From the NCBI GenBank assembly GCA_027859095.1, contig JAQIBN010000006.1, positions 18,008 through 82,007 on the forward strand: DNA of 64,000 nucleotides. Direction: 5' to 3'. Below the pieces are notes generated by a model. It had not been told where the DNA came from, made no database searches, and saw only the letters and a list, made by a program, of their open reading frames with translations. This document shows positions 9,796-20,838 of this stretch, piece after piece (positions within the stretch are counted from its first letter, which is position 1; each line of letters begins with the position of its first letter). Origin of the DNA: Spirochaetia bacterium (GTDB lineage Bacteria > Spirochaetota > Spirochaetia > B11-G9). The position numbers and the translations under genes were made by a program.

Positions 9796-10479
9796 ATGAG
9801 AAAAATAGTGGTAATATTGGTATTTCTTTTATCTTCTTCTTTCATTTTTTCTGGAGATATTGCTCAGTATATTAATCTGGGGTTTTCCAGTGATTCAAAA
9901 TATTTCATGTTTGGACAGTATGGTATTAGTACTGAAGATACAAAAGCATTTGCTGAAACATATATAGTGGACGTATCCAAAAATGATTTTATTACTAATG
10001 GTGTAAACAGCAGGAAATTTTCTGAAGAAATACTTCCTGGTCAGGATGGTCTTGGTGCTCTTTTTACAATTCTTGAAGATTCGATTACTGTAGCTGGAAA
10101 AATTGGGATTAATCATATTTCAACTGGACGGGTTGTATATCTATTAGTAAATGGTGCAAAACCCAAAGAGCGTCTTGAGTTTAGAGATTTTTATAAGGAC
10201 GATGCCTATACAGTAACTCTTGTACAGGAAAGTTTTGGGTCTGATGAGAATATAAGTTCAACTTTTCATATCAATTTATCAGTTACAGATAAACAGGAAA
10301 AGATAAGAACTTATACAATAGGACTTCCTAATTATAAAAGGCAGAATGTATTAGGATACAGAATCAAGCAGGTTGTTTTTACGCCTTCAGAAGAAGGTCT
10401 TGTATTTGTAATAGAGAAAGAGTTTTCAGGGTCTCAAGGTAAGTTTATTCGCTATATGGTTGAAACACTGGTATTTTAA
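9796..10479 (+). CDS. Hypothetical secreted protein.
   Basis: It has an N-terminal signal peptide (MRKIVVILVFLLSSSFIFSG) and a GGAGG-like ribosome-binding site upstream. Confidence 0.5.
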   Translation: MRKIVVILVFLLSSSFIFSGDIAQYINLGFSSDSKYFMFGQYGISTEDTKAFAETYIVDVSKNDFITNGVNSRKFSEEILPGQDGLGALFTILEDSITVAGKIGINHISTGRVVYLLVNGAKPKERLEFRDFYKDDAYTVTLVQESFGSDENISSTFHINLSVTDKQEKIRTYTIGLPNYKRQNVLGYRIKQVVFTPSEEGLVFVIEKEFSGSQGKFIRYMVETLVF

Positions 10480-10501
10480 AAAATTTATCTGTAGAGACGT
10501 T

Positions 10502-10562
10502 GCCTGGTCGTGCGCTTCGCTTACTGCTCGGCTATGCGACCTTAGCATGCAACATCTCTACC
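10502..10562. repeat. GC-rich intergenic element, copy A. It is related to the element at 60809-60882.
   Basis: It shares GCCTGGTCG...TTCG...CTGCTCGG..TATGC(G/A)ACCT(T/A)A blocks with copy B. It is a GC-rich island in an AT-rich intergenic region between convergent gene ends. Confidence 0.35.
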
Positions 10563-10600
10563 ATTATACACAGAGAACATAAAGTGTAAAAGTAAAATTA

Positions 10601-11647
10601 TCATGCAGGAGTAATAGAACCATCCAAATCCCAGAGGTCAGTCCATTCCTGCCCATCTTTCCAAAGAAAAACATGCCCCTTTATAAGCCTGCAGTTCCGA
10701 TCTATCCCTTCGAAAGCTTTCATCTCTTCCCCTGTCAGTAAATCACTTGTAACAGCCTGGAGATTACTAAGAATATTCTTCCTCTTTGCAGAAAAAGGAA
10801 TAGGCACCTGCCCCCGCTGGACAGCCCACTTCAGACAAACAACAGCAGAATGAACCCCCAATCTCTCTGCAGCAGCTACAACTACCGGGTCTTCAATATC
10901 AACAGTATCAAGACTTGTACGATCCCGTTCCGGGCGCCCCGGTGAACCTATGGGGCTGAAACCTATGGGAAGGATGCCATTTTTTACAACATAATTAAAA
11001 AAGTCCGGTTGCTGAAAATGGGGATGAAGCTCCATTTCATTACATGCTGGTTTAATATTACAGTCCCCAAGAACCATATCCAGCTTTGGAATTGTCATAT
11101 TAGAAGTACCTATGTGCCGAACAATCCCCATTTCAACAAGACTCTCCATCTGCCTCCAGGTCTTCATATAATTTTCGTGAATATAGGGTTTGGAATCAGG
11201 GCTGCGGGAGTCTATGTCACAACCCGGAGAATGATAGTTAGGAAAAGGCCAGTGAACAAGATAAAGATCAAGATAATCCAAACGAAGATCTTTCAAAGTT
11301 TGAGCACAGGATAGAAGAACATCCCCATCACCGTGTTTATCGTTCCACACCTTGGAAGTTATCCACAAGTCCTCCCTTTTCAATACTCCACTTTCAAATA
11401 CCTCTTCCAACACCTGTCCAATTTTATCTTCATTACTATAGACTGATGCACAATCCAGATGTCTGTATCCCAAAGAAAGAGCTTCACGAACCGATGTTGC
11501 TACATCTTCATGAGACACAGAATCACTTCCGAAGGTACCAAGACCTATAACAGGTATACGGGCCCCGGTATATAACTCTTTCGAAGGAACCTTTGATGGA
11601 TCAACTCCATCACTTGCCAATTTAAAGGCTGTATTTTTTATATTCAT
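10601..11647 (-). CDS. Aldo/keto reductase family oxidoreductase.
   Basis: The AKR fold motifs (GYRHLDCASVY, IGTSN) are present. Confidence 0.85.
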   Translation of the reverse strand: MNIKNTAFKLASDGVDPSKVPSKELYTGARIPVIGLGTFGSDSVSHEDVATSVREALSLGYRHLDCASVYSNEDKIGQVLEEVFESGVLKREDLWITSKVWNDKHGDGDVLLSCAQTLKDLRLDYLDLYLVHWPFPNYHSPGCDIDSRSPDSKPYIHENYMKTWRQMESLVEMGIVRHIGTSNMTIPKLDMVLGDCNIKPACNEMELHPHFQQPDFFNYVVKNGILPIGFSPIGSPGRPERDRTSLDTVDIEDPVVVAAAERLGVHSAVVCLKWAVQRGQVPIPFSAKRKNILSNLQAVTSDLLTGEEMKAFEGIDRNCRLIKGHVFLWKDGQEWTDLWDLDGSITPA

Positions 11648-11654
11648 TGTATGC

Positions 11655-12719
11655 CTACCTTACTTCTTCATCAAATACAACAGCAACTTTCCCACATTGA
11701 CCGCTGGACATTAAAGCATATGCCTTATCAGCCTGATCCAGTGTAAAACGATGAGTTACAAGATCTTCCGGATGGATTCCCCAACGCAGAATTCGTTCTA
11801 CTAGTTCTTCCATCCTCCAGATATTGGTCACCCAGCTTCCATATATAGTCTTCTGATCATGAATAATATCCGGACTTGGTTGAAATTCCACAGTTCCACC
11901 CTCACCGATAAAGACAATCTTTCCCCATTTTCGGGCAGCCTGAATACAGGTTAGACGTGCCTTATCATTGGCAGAGCATTCCACAGTTTTTTCACATCCC
12001 TGCCCATCTGTTAGAGCTCTGATCTCATCAACATTATCAGGGCCAGCAAGTATAACATGATCAACCAATCCAAGTTTTTTTGCTATTTCCAATCTTTCAG
12101 GTATGACATCTATTCCTATGGTCATACTTGCCCCCATAGCCTTTGACAACATTAAAGCAGCAAGACCAACAGGTCCCAATCCAGTTACCAGTACCCTGTC
12201 GTTCCCTGATATCCCAATTTTTTCCAGTCCTTCATATACTGTCCCAAACCCACAGGCTACCTGAGCACCATCGGTGTAGGTTAGTTCGTCAGGCAGATAG
12301 ACAAGATCTTTTTCTTCAGCAATAATGTATTCAGCCATACCTCCGTCTCTCTGCCATCCATAAGCTTTCCTATATTCCTCACTGGTACAGCTAATCATAT
12401 AACCCCGTCGGCAATCGTTGCAAACACCACAACCGGAAATATGATACACAATTACTCTGTCGCCTTTTTTAAACCGTCGTAATCCCGGTCCTTCGGCAAC
12501 AACCTGCCCACAGGGCTCATGACCGGCAATCACACCCTGGTAACCTTCAGGGCCTTTCCCAAGATGCTCATGGTAAATGGCTCTTATATCACTACCGCAA
12601 ATGGTAGAGGACTTTGTTTTAATAAGAACCTCTCCATGTCCTGGAACAGGAACATCATATTCTCTAAACTCCACCGTACTATTTCCAGGTAGAACAGCAC
12701 CTTTCATCTTTTTATTCAT
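11655..12719 (-). CDS. Zinc-dependent alcohol/polyol dehydrogenase (MDR family, sorbitol/threonine dehydrogenase-like).
   Basis: It has the CGSDIRAIY..GHEPCG zinc-binding motif and a GLGPVG Rossmann motif. Confidence 0.85.
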   Translation of the reverse strand: MNKKMKGAVLPGNSTVEFREYDVPVPGHGEVLIKTKSSTICGSDIRAIYHEHLGKGPEGYQGVIAGHEPCGQVVAEGPGLRRFKKGDRVIVYHISGCGVCNDCRRGYMISCTSEEYRKAYGWQRDGGMAEYIIAEEKDLVYLPDELTYTDGAQVACGFGTVYEGLEKIGISGNDRVLVTGLGPVGLAALMLSKAMGASMTIGIDVIPERLEIAKKLGLVDHVILAGPDNVDEIRALTDGQGCEKTVECSANDKARLTCIQAARKWGKIVFIGEGGTVEFQPSPDIIHDQKTIYGSWVTNIWRMEELVERILRWGIHPEDLVTHRFTLDQADKAYALMSSGQCGKVAVVFDEEVR

Positions 12720-12747
12720 AACAAACTCCTATCTATCTTTATTTATT

Positions 12748-13692
12748 CTATTTATTTTGAATAAGATCCTGTATACGATCTAATTCTGATTCATCCTTTC
12801 CAACTTTCATATGGTGGAGACTCCATACTTCCTTCTGTGAAACAGATCCGCCCGGGACAAGCCTTGTTAGAGGTGAAAGAGATTCAATCTCAAGAAAACC
12901 CGGCTGTGTAAAAAATTCGGCGTTACAGCCCATATCAGGATAAACTGCTCCTGCTTTGAATGGATGCTGTTTTAGAAAAACCATATCTTCAAGACAGTAA
13001 GCAGCCCATCCCTTTGTATTATTTACACCAATTTTTTGTTTCGAAGGGTAACTGTCATCCTGTTTTAACTGTATATAGCGTTCTCCCCAAATAAACCTGG
13101 GGTCATTCATCTTTGTAAAATGCCACAATACAAGAGGTCTTGCAGGGACAAGAGCTTCAGGATGCGAGATATACTCTTCCTGAGGAATAATAACACGTCC
13201 TCCAGGAGCCATAACACTCAGACACCAGGCTGCTAACTCAACATCCCATACACCCTTATTGATAATTTCATGGTCAAGTACAACCCTGCTTCCCTCGATT
13301 GATAGGTCAATACTGATTTTTTTTCCTATTTTGGTTCCTTTTTCATCTATAGGCATAAGAGTAAGAGTCCTTCCATTCCAGTCATAAGGAACAGGATCGT
13401 TATCAGGATAGTATGTTCTGGGAAAGACTTCAGGGGCATGCCATAAACGATGGCCTCCATAACTCTGCCACTCATCCACTTTAGGGGCAGCCAACTGTTC
13501 ATCAAAATTCTTAAACAGATTACCTTCTCCTGTAAATCCATAAAACAGGATTCTTGGTCCAAACTCAGTACTGAGAATCAAATCAACAGTACCATTTCCC
13601 AATTTCAAACAATTTTTGACTAGTCCAAAATCTATTACATCAAGTGAAACACTCATAGAAACTCCTTGTTTATTGACTATAACGCTGTACAT
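12748..13692 (-). CDS. Hypothetical protein, possibly with a galactose-mutarotase-like fold (DUF4432-like).
   Basis: The 314-aa ORF is co-directional and tightly packed with the Zn-ADH and AKR genes. The assignment rests on weak similarity only. Confidence 0.4.
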   Translation of the reverse strand: MYSVIVNKQGVSMSVSLDVIDFGLVKNCLKLGNGTVDLILSTEFGPRILFYGFTGEGNLFKNFDEQLAAPKVDEWQSYGGHRLWHAPEVFPRTYYPDNDPVPYDWNGRTLTLMPIDEKGTKIGKKISIDLSIEGSRVVLDHEIINKGVWDVELAAWCLSVMAPGGRVIIPQEEYISHPEALVPARPLVLWHFTKMNDPRFIWGERYIQLKQDDSYPSKQKIGVNNTKGWAAYCLEDMVFLKQHPFKAGAVYPDMGCNAEFFTQPGFLEIESLSPLTRLVPGGSVSQKEVWSLHHMKVGKDESELDRIQDLIQNK

Positions 13693-13703
13693 CCCAAAAT
13701 TGA

Positions 13704-14651
13704 ATGGCTATAATTGACGAGTACATACCAATAATTGATCTGGAGACAATAATGCCTCTAAACCAGAAATCAATCATAGAGACCCTTGAACCTGAGTATT
13801 TTTCAAAGCAAATTCATCAGGCCAAGCGATTCTACCGTATTTCGGAGAAGCAAAAGCCCGGTTCAGGTCAGGAATCCCAGGTTATTGCCGGGGGAAGAGA
13901 GACATGTTCTTCAGGATATCTGGTATCCAGGGAGACATTTCCCTATCATACAATTGAATTTATAACCCGTGGGCATGGCAAGCTAATACTGAATGGAGCA
14001 ATATGGGAGCTTAGTCCGGGTACAATTTTCTCATATGGTCCTGGTATAGCTCATGAAATTAAAAATGATACAAAAGAACCAATTGAAAAATATTTTGTAA
14101 ATATTGCGGGGGAAAAAGCTGCATATCTTCTGACTGGAGAATTGTCATTATCTGGGAAGGTTTTACACACTTCAACCCCCCATTCGCTACTGGCTACCTT
14201 CGAAGAACTGATACATTTTGGTCTTTTTCATTCACCATGGAGTGATAAACTTTGCTCCAGTCTGGTAGATGTTCTTATCTATAAAATCGCAAGCTCAGCT
14301 CTGACTCATGGGGATCCGGTTACAACAGCTTTCACAACATTCCAAAGGTGCAGGAACTATATAGGAGCCCATTACATACAATTCAGGACATTGGAATCTA
14401 TCTCAGAAGCATGTGGTATTTCTCCACCATACCTATGTCGATTATTCCAAAAATTTGACCATCAGTCTCCCTACCAATACCTCATACGTCTGCAAATGAA
14501 TCATGCAGCTGATTGTATTTTGGAAAAACGTTTACAGATACAGGAGGTCGCTATGAGTATGGGGTTTGAGGATCCACAACATTTTTCAAGAACCTTTAAA
14601 AAAGTTATTGGCATTTCTCCTACAGATTTGATCCGGCAGTCTTTAAGATAA
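13704..14651 (+). CDS. AraC-family transcriptional regulator (cupin sensor plus HTH).
   Basis: The C-terminus carries the AraC HTH signature (ISEACGISPPYLCRLFQKF...QHFSRTFKKVIGISPTD). It is divergent from the dehydrogenase operon. Confidence 0.8.
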   Translation: MAIIDEYIPIIDLETIMPLNQKSIIETLEPEYFSKQIHQAKRFYRISEKQKPGSGQESQVIAGGRETCSSGYLVSRETFPYHTIEFITRGHGKLILNGAIWELSPGTIFSYGPGIAHEIKNDTKEPIEKYFVNIAGEKAAYLLTGELSLSGKVLHTSTPHSLLATFEELIHFGLFHSPWSDKLCSSLVDVLIYKIASSALTHGDPVTTAFTTFQRCRNYIGAHYIQFRTLESISEACGISPPYLCRLFQKFDHQSPYQYLIRLQMNHAADCILEKRLQIQEVAMSMGFEDPQHFSRTFKKVIGISPTDLIRQSLR

Positions 14652-14660
14652 ACTATTTTA

Positions 14661-14692
14661 AATATTTTCGAATACAATTCGAATATGTTACG
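14661..14692. promoter_or_regulatory. Three phased direct repeats, TTCGAATAC / TTCGAATAT / TTACGAATAT. Candidate operator.
   Basis: The repeats have a roughly 11-bp period and each contains a palindromic TTCGAA core. They lie between the AraC regulator stop and the PfkB kinase start. Confidence 0.35.
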
Positions 14693-14814
14693 AATATATT
14701 ATTATCATGATTGGGGAGTTTAATTGTAATATTGGTTATTGTAAATTGATTACTTGCTAAGTGTATTTATATCAATTAGAATTATAAAGATTTAACAGGG
14801 AAAAAGGATTAAAT

Positions 14815-15753
14815 ATGATTATCAGTTTAGGAGAAGCACTTATCGATTTTATCAGCCAGGAAGATCTGGAATTTAAAGGATTCCCCGGGGGATCTCCAAT
14901 GAACACATCTATTGCCATTTCCCGTTTGGGCATTCCCTGTCAGTTTCTTGGTAGAATAAGTACTGATATATTTGGGAACCGACTTATTGACCATCTAAAA
15001 ATAAATTCAGTTGGAACAGATATGGTTCTAAGAACTGATGACAATACAACACTTTCGTTTGTACAAAAGCAAGCTGATGGTCAGGTAAGATACGGTTTTT
15101 TTGCAAATGGTACAGCAGACAGAAACCTACCAAAAGTAGAATTAAATAAAATTGTTTTACCAAAAGAAGTTAAAATTCTTCATTTTGGATCTATTTCCCT
15201 TTCCATGGAACCCTGCGGATCCACAATAAGTGAGTTTCTTCAAAATAATTGTAAAAATATGATGTTGTCTTTTGACCCAAATATAAGACCTTCTCTTGTT
15301 CCAGATAAAAAAATATACATGGAACGATTTAATCAGTTATGTCGGATAACTTCAGTTTTAAAACTTAGTGATGAAGATCTTATCTGGCTATATCCTGAAC
15401 AGACTACTGAAAAAGCTATTGGCCTTCTGCTCGAATCAGGAGTTTCTCTTATAGCTCTTACAACAGGTAAAACAGGGGCATTACTAATTAATAAAAAAAA
15501 CAAAATCAGTTCACCCTTATTTGACCTTCCTGTAGCAGATACAATTGGTGCAGGAGATACTTTCCATGGAGCAATGCTTTCCTATCTCTATAAGAAGAAT
15601 TGGCTGGACAGAGCTACATTGAAAAACCTTACTAAAGAACAACTCAGTCTTCTTGGGAATTATGCAAATAAAGCAGCTGGAATTAATTGTTCAAGGTCTG
15701 GTGCAAATCCACCAACAGAACTGGAAATGGACAAAGAATGGGAGATTAAGTAA
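14815..15753 (+). CDS. PfkB-family carbohydrate kinase (fructokinase or ketodeoxygluconokinase-like).
   Basis: GAGDTFHGAML is the PfkB signature 2, and the protein has a ribokinase-like fold. Confidence 0.85.
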   Translation: MIISLGEALIDFISQEDLEFKGFPGGSPMNTSIAISRLGIPCQFLGRISTDIFGNRLIDHLKINSVGTDMVLRTDDNTTLSFVQKQADGQVRYGFFANGTADRNLPKVELNKIVLPKEVKILHFGSISLSMEPCGSTISEFLQNNCKNMMLSFDPNIRPSLVPDKKIYMERFNQLCRITSVLKLSDEDLIWLYPEQTTEKAIGLLLESGVSLIALTTGKTGALLINKKNKISSPLFDLPVADTIGAGDTFHGAMLSYLYKKNWLDRATLKNLTKEQLSLLGNYANKAAGINCSRSGANPPTELEMDKEWEIK

Positions 15754-16694
15754 TGGAAGTATCACTTGTAATATCAAAACTAATGCCTGTTATTCTAATA
15801 ATTGCTCTAGGGTGGATACTAAGAAAATTTAAGTTTATTACAGATGAAGGAAATAGCTTTCTAAAAAAATTAATAGTTAACGTAGGTCTTCCGGCTGTAC
15901 TATTTGTATCATTTCTAAATATGTCCATGACTATGTCACTATTATTTTTAATTCCAGGTATTTTTATACTCAATGCTCTACTCCTTTTATTTGGAAAGTT
16001 TGCAGGTTCTTTTGTTGGAGGGAAATATTCTCCTTTTCTTTTTACGGGTTTTGAATATGGGATGTTTGCAATTGCTGTTTTTACTGCAGCTTACGGAACA
16101 GCATCAACATCATACATAGCTATTATAGATTTGGGACATGAATTGTTTATATGGTTCGTTTTTGTGACTGTACTCCTTTCAGTTTCCGGTAACAAACAAA
16201 CAGTAAAAGGAACCCTCATTTCATTTATCAAATCTCCGATAATTCTGGCTATTACTATTGGTATAATTGGGAATGTATTAAATTTAGGAGAAATTATTAA
16301 TTCCAATCCTATTTCAAAAGGACTTTTAACAACAATTGAAATGCTAATGTCTCTGACTGCTCCATTAATATTATTGTCTATTGGTGCAGGACTATCATTA
16401 TCAAAATCAGGAATAAGCTTTGCAGCAAAAGTTACTGCAATCAGAATGCCAATAGTGCTTGTACTAAGTTATATAATTGGAAAGCTGGTACTTAGGAATT
16501 TACTGGGATTACCGTTTGCCTATGAAGCGGCCCTGTTTACACTCTTTATAGCACCTCCGCCTTTTATTATTCCACTGTTTATGCCTGATAAAGATTCTGT
16601 TGAGCGAGGTACAATAAATACAACACTCACTTTTTATACCATTGTGTCACTGGTTTTATTTGTAATCTATTTTTCGTTTAATCCGGTATTGTAA
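15753..16694 (+). CDS. AEC-family (auxin efflux carrier / MleP-like) membrane transporter.
   Basis: It is a 313-aa ten-TM protein. The start overlaps the kinase stop. Confidence 0.65.
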   Translation: MEVSLVISKLMPVILIIALGWILRKFKFITDEGNSFLKKLIVNVGLPAVLFVSFLNMSMTMSLLFLIPGIFILNALLLLFGKFAGSFVGGKYSPFLFTGFEYGMFAIAVFTAAYGTASTSYIAIIDLGHELFIWFVFVTVLLSVSGNKQTVKGTLISFIKSPIILAITIGIIGNVLNLGEIINSNPISKGLLTTIEMLMSLTAPLILLSIGAGLSLSKSGISFAAKVTAIRMPIVLVLSYIIGKLVLRNLLGLPFAYEAALFTLFIAPPPFIIPLFMPDKDSVERGTINTTLTFYTIVSLVLFVIYFSFNPVL

Positions 16695-16740
16695 TCAGAA
16701 ATTCCTGGTTTATACATGATTAAATAAGTATACTATACAT

Positions 16741-17190
16741 ATGAAAAAGATAATATTAATAGGACTTACACTGATATTCTCTGGAATTATCGCAAATAGC
16801 CTCATAGCAGATGAAATAAATACAGGACGCTTTAACAATCTGGCAATTGGAGGCTACGATCCTGTAGCATATCACCTCCTTGGAAAACCTCAGAAAGGAA
16901 GTAAAGATTTTGTAGTAATATGGAAAGGAGCAGAATGGCGCTTTTTATCCCAGGAACATCTAGATCTTTTTGAATCTGATCCTGAAACCTATATTCCCCA
17001 ATTTGGTGGATTTTGCGCCAACGGACTCTCTGATGGTCATAAAATTAGGGGTAATCCAAAAATTTGGAGAGTATATAATGATAAACTGTTTCTGTTTTAT
17101 TCAAAAAATGGCAAAGAAAGTTGGATTTTGGATACTGATAATAAAATTAATTTAGCCAGTGATTATTGGGAAAAAGTGAAGTATGACTGA
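16741..17190 (+). CDS. Secreted YHS-domain protein.
   Basis: It has a signal peptide followed by the GYDPVAYH motif of YHS/TRASH domains. Confidence 0.55.
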   Translation: MKKIILIGLTLIFSGIIANSLIADEINTGRFNNLAIGGYDPVAYHLLGKPQKGSKDFVVIWKGAEWRFLSQEHLDLFESDPETYIPQFGGFCANGLSDGHKIRGNPKIWRVYNDKLFLFYSKNGKESWILDTDNKINLASDYWEKVKYD

Positions 17191-17439
17191 ATAAATTTTA
17201 TTATTACTGTGTTTTGAATGCTAAATAAGTAAAATATAAATAATCTTAGGGTATGAAATAATTCATTTGCCATCTTCAATTCTTCACCTAATTTATTCAT
17301 AAAAAAAAGACTGGTATAATCAACAATAAATATTCTGCTTTTTATTTTTACAACAGTAGTTGTTTCTATCATATCTATGGAAATTATATTTAATCTAAAA
17401 TATTTTGTACTTTATAAAAAGTTCTCCGCAGTTCAGATA

Positions 17440-17838
17440 CTATACAAATTCAATTTCAAAGGACATTTTTGCTACAACAGAAAGTGTTTGATAAACAGAA
17501 CAGTATTTTGAAGCAAGTTCAATAGATTTTTGAAGTCCCTTTTCATTTTTACCATTTTGGATAATAAATTTAACATTTACCCATTTCAAAATTCTTGGAA
17601 TTGATTTTTTATTATCTCCAGTAACTTCTACTGTAGCTAAATCAAATAAAATTTTTTTCTTATCTGCAATTTCTAGAAAATGAACAAACATGCATGACCC
17701 TAAAGCACCGAAAATCAAGTCATATGGCAGGATATTCCCATTACCAATAAGGATATTCCCTTTAGGAGTAACTACCTCTCCTTCATATGTGTTTCTGAAT
17801 TTCATATATATTTTGTTTAATGACATTAGACACTCCAA
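17440..17838 (-). CDS. OsmC/Ohr-family peroxiredoxin-like protein.
   Basis: GALGSCMFVHFLE is the OsmC-like cysteine motif. Confidence 0.7.
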   Translation of the reverse strand: MECLMSLNKIYMKFRNTYEGEVVTPKGNILIGNGNILPYDLIFGALGSCMFVHFLEIADKKKILFDLATVEVTGDNKKSIPRILKWVNVKFIIQNGKNEKGLQKSIELASKYCSVYQTLSVVAKMSFEIEFV

Positions 17839-17927
17839 TAATATATCTTTTTAAGACAATAGATCTTCAAGGTTAAAATTATACATTCAATATTAAAGGT
17901 AACTTCTAGTATTAAACTAAAAAACTT

Positions 17928-18932
17928 TTACTCGAATTCCCCGGACAAATGATCACTAAAAACATGACATGCAGAAAAATGACCGGGTGAAATTTCTTTA
18001 AACTCAGGTTCAGTTTGTTTGCAAATATCCTGGACATAATTACACCTATTGGCAAATCTGCAATTATCCTTGGGATTAATAGGTGATGTAATTTCACCTT
18101 TTAGAATTATTTTATCGACTTTCCTATCTAAAGTAGGACGTGGTATGGCTGAAAGAAGAGCCTTAGTATATGGATGAATAGGGTTGCTAAAAAGCTCTTC
18201 TGCAGGTGCTTTTTCAATCAATTTACCCAAATACATAACAGCAATATCATCTGAAAAATGGTTAACAACCGATAGATCATGGGTAATAAAAATATAGGTA
18301 AGTCCCAATTTTTGCTGAAGTTCTTTCATAAGATTTAGAATTTGTGCTTGAATTGAAACATCCAGGGCAGAAACAGGTTCATCACAAACAATAAATTTTG
18401 TATCAAGAGAAAGTGCCCTTGCAATTCCAATGCGCTGTCTTCTTCCACCATCCAACTCATGTGGATAGGTATTCATCAACCGTCTGGAAAGGCCAACAAG
18501 ATCCATTAATTCAAGAACACGTTCAAAGCGTTTCTCTTTATCGTTTATAATTTTATTTAATTTAATTGGTTCTTCAATAATTTCACTTACAGTCATTCTT
18601 GGATCTAGGGAAGAAAATGGGTCCTGAAAAATAATTTGCATTTCTTTTCTGAGCTCTCTCATTTTATTTTTTTTGAGTTCTCTTATATTTTTTCCCTTAT
18701 AGAATATTTCTCCATTTGTGGCTTCCAGCAATCTTAAAATAACTCTTCCTGCTGTTGACTTTCCACAGCCCGATTCGCCGACAAGTCCAAGCGTCTTTCC
18801 CTCTTTTATTGAAAAACTAACATCATCCACAGCGTGTAGTTTCCCTTTAGGAGTATCAAAATATTTCTTTAGATTTTTAACTTCCAGTAAAAATTCAGAC
18901 ATTAGAATATTTCCCCTCTTATTTTTTTCCAC
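17928..18932 (-). CDS. oppF: Oligopeptide ABC transporter ATP-binding protein OppF.
   Basis: Walker [25 protein letters not shown], and the C-terminal oligopeptide-transporter TOBE extension are present. Confidence 0.85.
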   Translation of the reverse strand: MEKNKRGNILMSEFLLEVKNLKKYFDTPKGKLHAVDDVSFSIKEGKTLGLVGESGCGKSTAGRVILRLLEATNGEIFYKGKNIRELKKNKMRELRKEMQIIFQDPFSSLDPRMTVSEIIEEPIKLNKIINDKEKRFERVLELMDLVGLSRRLMNTYPHELDGGRRQRIGIARALSLDTKFIVCDEPVSALDVSIQAQILNLMKELQQKLGLTYIFITHDLSVVNHFSDDIAVMYLGKLIEKAPAEELFSNPIHPYTKALLSAIPRPTLDRKVDKIILKGEITSPINPKDNCRFANRCNYVQDICKQTEPEFKEISPGHFSACHVFSDHLSGEFE

Positions 18933-19917
18933 AATTTAATTGAAAATCAGAATTTCCGGAATATAAATGACATTCACTAAAATGTGTCCCGGAAAAATAT
19001 ATCTTCTTAGGTTTTTCAGTCTGACAAATATCCAATGCATAATCACATCTATCACAGAAAGAACAGCCATCCGGGAGATTATAAGGATCAGACATTAGAC
19101 CTCTTATGGGTATAAGTTCAGCTTTTCTGTCATCGATATTAGGAATTGAATTAAATAATCCTTCCGTATAAGGATGTTTTGTGTACTTAAATATCTCCTC
19201 AAGATTTCCTTGTTCAACAATGCGGCCAGCATACATGATAGCAACATCATCACAAACTTCCGCTACAACTCCAAGGTCATGAGTTATCATTAACATGGAC
19301 ATTTCCAGTTTTTCTTTTAGTTCTTTCATCAGTTCCAGAACCTGAGCCTGAATTGTTACATCCAGAGCAGTTGTTGGTTCATCAGCAATTAATAATTTGG
19401 GGCTGCAGGAAAGTGCAATTGCAATTATTACACGCTGTTTCATTCCACCAGAAAACTGATGAGGATATTCTTCCATTCGGCTACCCGGGATTCCAACTAT
19501 TTCCAGCATCTCTCTGGCTTTTTCTTTTGCACCTTCTTTTGTTACATCCTGATGAATACTTATCGCTTCTGATATTTGTTCACCAACACATATTGATGGA
19601 TTCAATGCAGTCATCGGATCCTGAAAAATCATAGATACCAGCCGACCACGTATGGTTTCCATCTCATTTTCACTAATTTCCAATAGTTTTATATTGTCTA
19701 GGATTATATCTCCTGAAATAATTTCTCCAGGAGGATCCGGAATTAATCGTAAAATAGACATTGCAGTTGTTGTTTTTCCAGCTCCTGTTTCTCCAACCAG
19801 ACCCAGGGTTCTTCCTTTTTCAATAAGCATATCAATTCCATTAACTGCTTCTACAATCCCATCATCTGTAACATATCTAATTTTAAGATTTTTTATCTCT
19901 AAAACTTTATTCCTCAT
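18919..19917 (-). CDS. oppD: Oligopeptide ABC transporter ATP-binding protein OppD.
   Basis: [18 protein letters not shown], and a Cys-rich C-terminal extension are present. Confidence 0.85.
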   Translation of the reverse strand: MRNKVLEIKNLKIRYVTDDGIVEAVNGIDMLIEKGRTLGLVGETGAGKTTTAMSILRLIPDPPGEIISGDIILDNIKLLEISENEMETIRGRLVSMIFQDPMTALNPSICVGEQISEAISIHQDVTKEGAKEKAREMLEIVGIPGSRMEEYPHQFSGGMKQRVIIAIALSCSPKLLIADEPTTALDVTIQAQVLELMKELKEKLEMSMLMITHDLGVVAEVCDDVAIMYAGRIVEQGNLEEIFKYTKHPYTEGLFNSIPNIDDRKAELIPIRGLMSDPYNLPDGCSFCDRCDYALDICQTEKPKKIYFSGTHFSECHLYSGNSDFQLNCGKK

Positions 19918-19930
19918 CTCACGTTACCTT

Positions 19931-20827
19931 CTATTTTAGTTTTGGATCCAGAGCATCTCTCAGACCGTCACCAATTAAATTTAATGATAAAACAGTTAAC
20001 ACTATTGCCATTCCAGGATAAAGGACAATATACATATGATCTCGAATATAAGAACGTCCACCAGCAAGCATGCTTCCCCATTCAGGTGTGGGTGGTTGAA
20101 TACCTAATCCCAAAAAACTGAGAGATGCAGTTGCCATAATTGCAGTTGCAACTTTTAAGGTAGCAAAAACTATAATGGGTGCCATAGAATTAGGCAGGAC
20201 ATGTCTCAATATTATAGTGTGATCTTTTGCACCAATGGCTTTTGCAGCTTCAATAAATTCCTGATCTTTAACACTTAATACAGCAGCTCTTACAACTCTG
20301 GCAAAACCAGGGATATTGGAAACTCCAACAGCAATCATTAAATTAAGCATACTTGCACCCAGGGCAGCCACAATGGTAATGGCCAAAAGAACAGCAGGGA
20401 CAGCAAGAAGAACATCAAGAAATCTCATAATAATATTATCAATTTTTCCACCGTAATAACCTGCTATTGCTCCAAGGGTTCCTCCAAGGGTTAAAGCAAT
20501 ACTTACAGAAATAATACCTACAAATAGAGATATACGGGTGCCGTAGACAATTCTTGCAAAAATATCACGACCAAGTTCATCTGTTCCAAACCAATGATCA
20601 GAACCAGGAGTTTGCAGTCTTACCCGAACATTCATTTTTAGTGCATCATCTTCATAACTTACCAATACTGGTGCTAAAATTGCCATAAAAATGAATATGC
20701 CAATAAGTAGCAAGCCAGCTATTGCAGCTTTACTTTTTTTAAGACGTAACCAAACATCAAAAAGCTGGCTTCTTTTTTTTGTTTTTAAGAGTTGTTCAGT
20801 TTTTATTTCTAGGACATCTGCATTCAT
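19931..20827 (-). CDS. oppC: Oligopeptide ABC permease OppC.
   Basis: It has an N-terminal OppC domain and the BPD-transporter EAA-like motif. Confidence 0.85.
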   Translation of the reverse strand: MNADVLEIKTEQLLKTKKRSQLFDVWLRLKKSKAAIAGLLLIGIFIFMAILAPVLVSYEDDALKMNVRVRLQTPGSDHWFGTDELGRDIFARIVYGTRISLFVGIISVSIALTLGGTLGAIAGYYGGKIDNIIMRFLDVLLAVPAVLLAITIVAALGASMLNLMIAVGVSNIPGFARVVRAAVLSVKDQEFIEAAKAIGAKDHTIILRHVLPNSMAPIIVFATLKVATAIMATASLSFLGLGIQPPTPEWGSMLAGGRSYIRDHMYIVLYPGMAIVLTVLSLNLIGDGLRDALDPKLK

Positions 20828-20838
20828 ATTTACAACTC

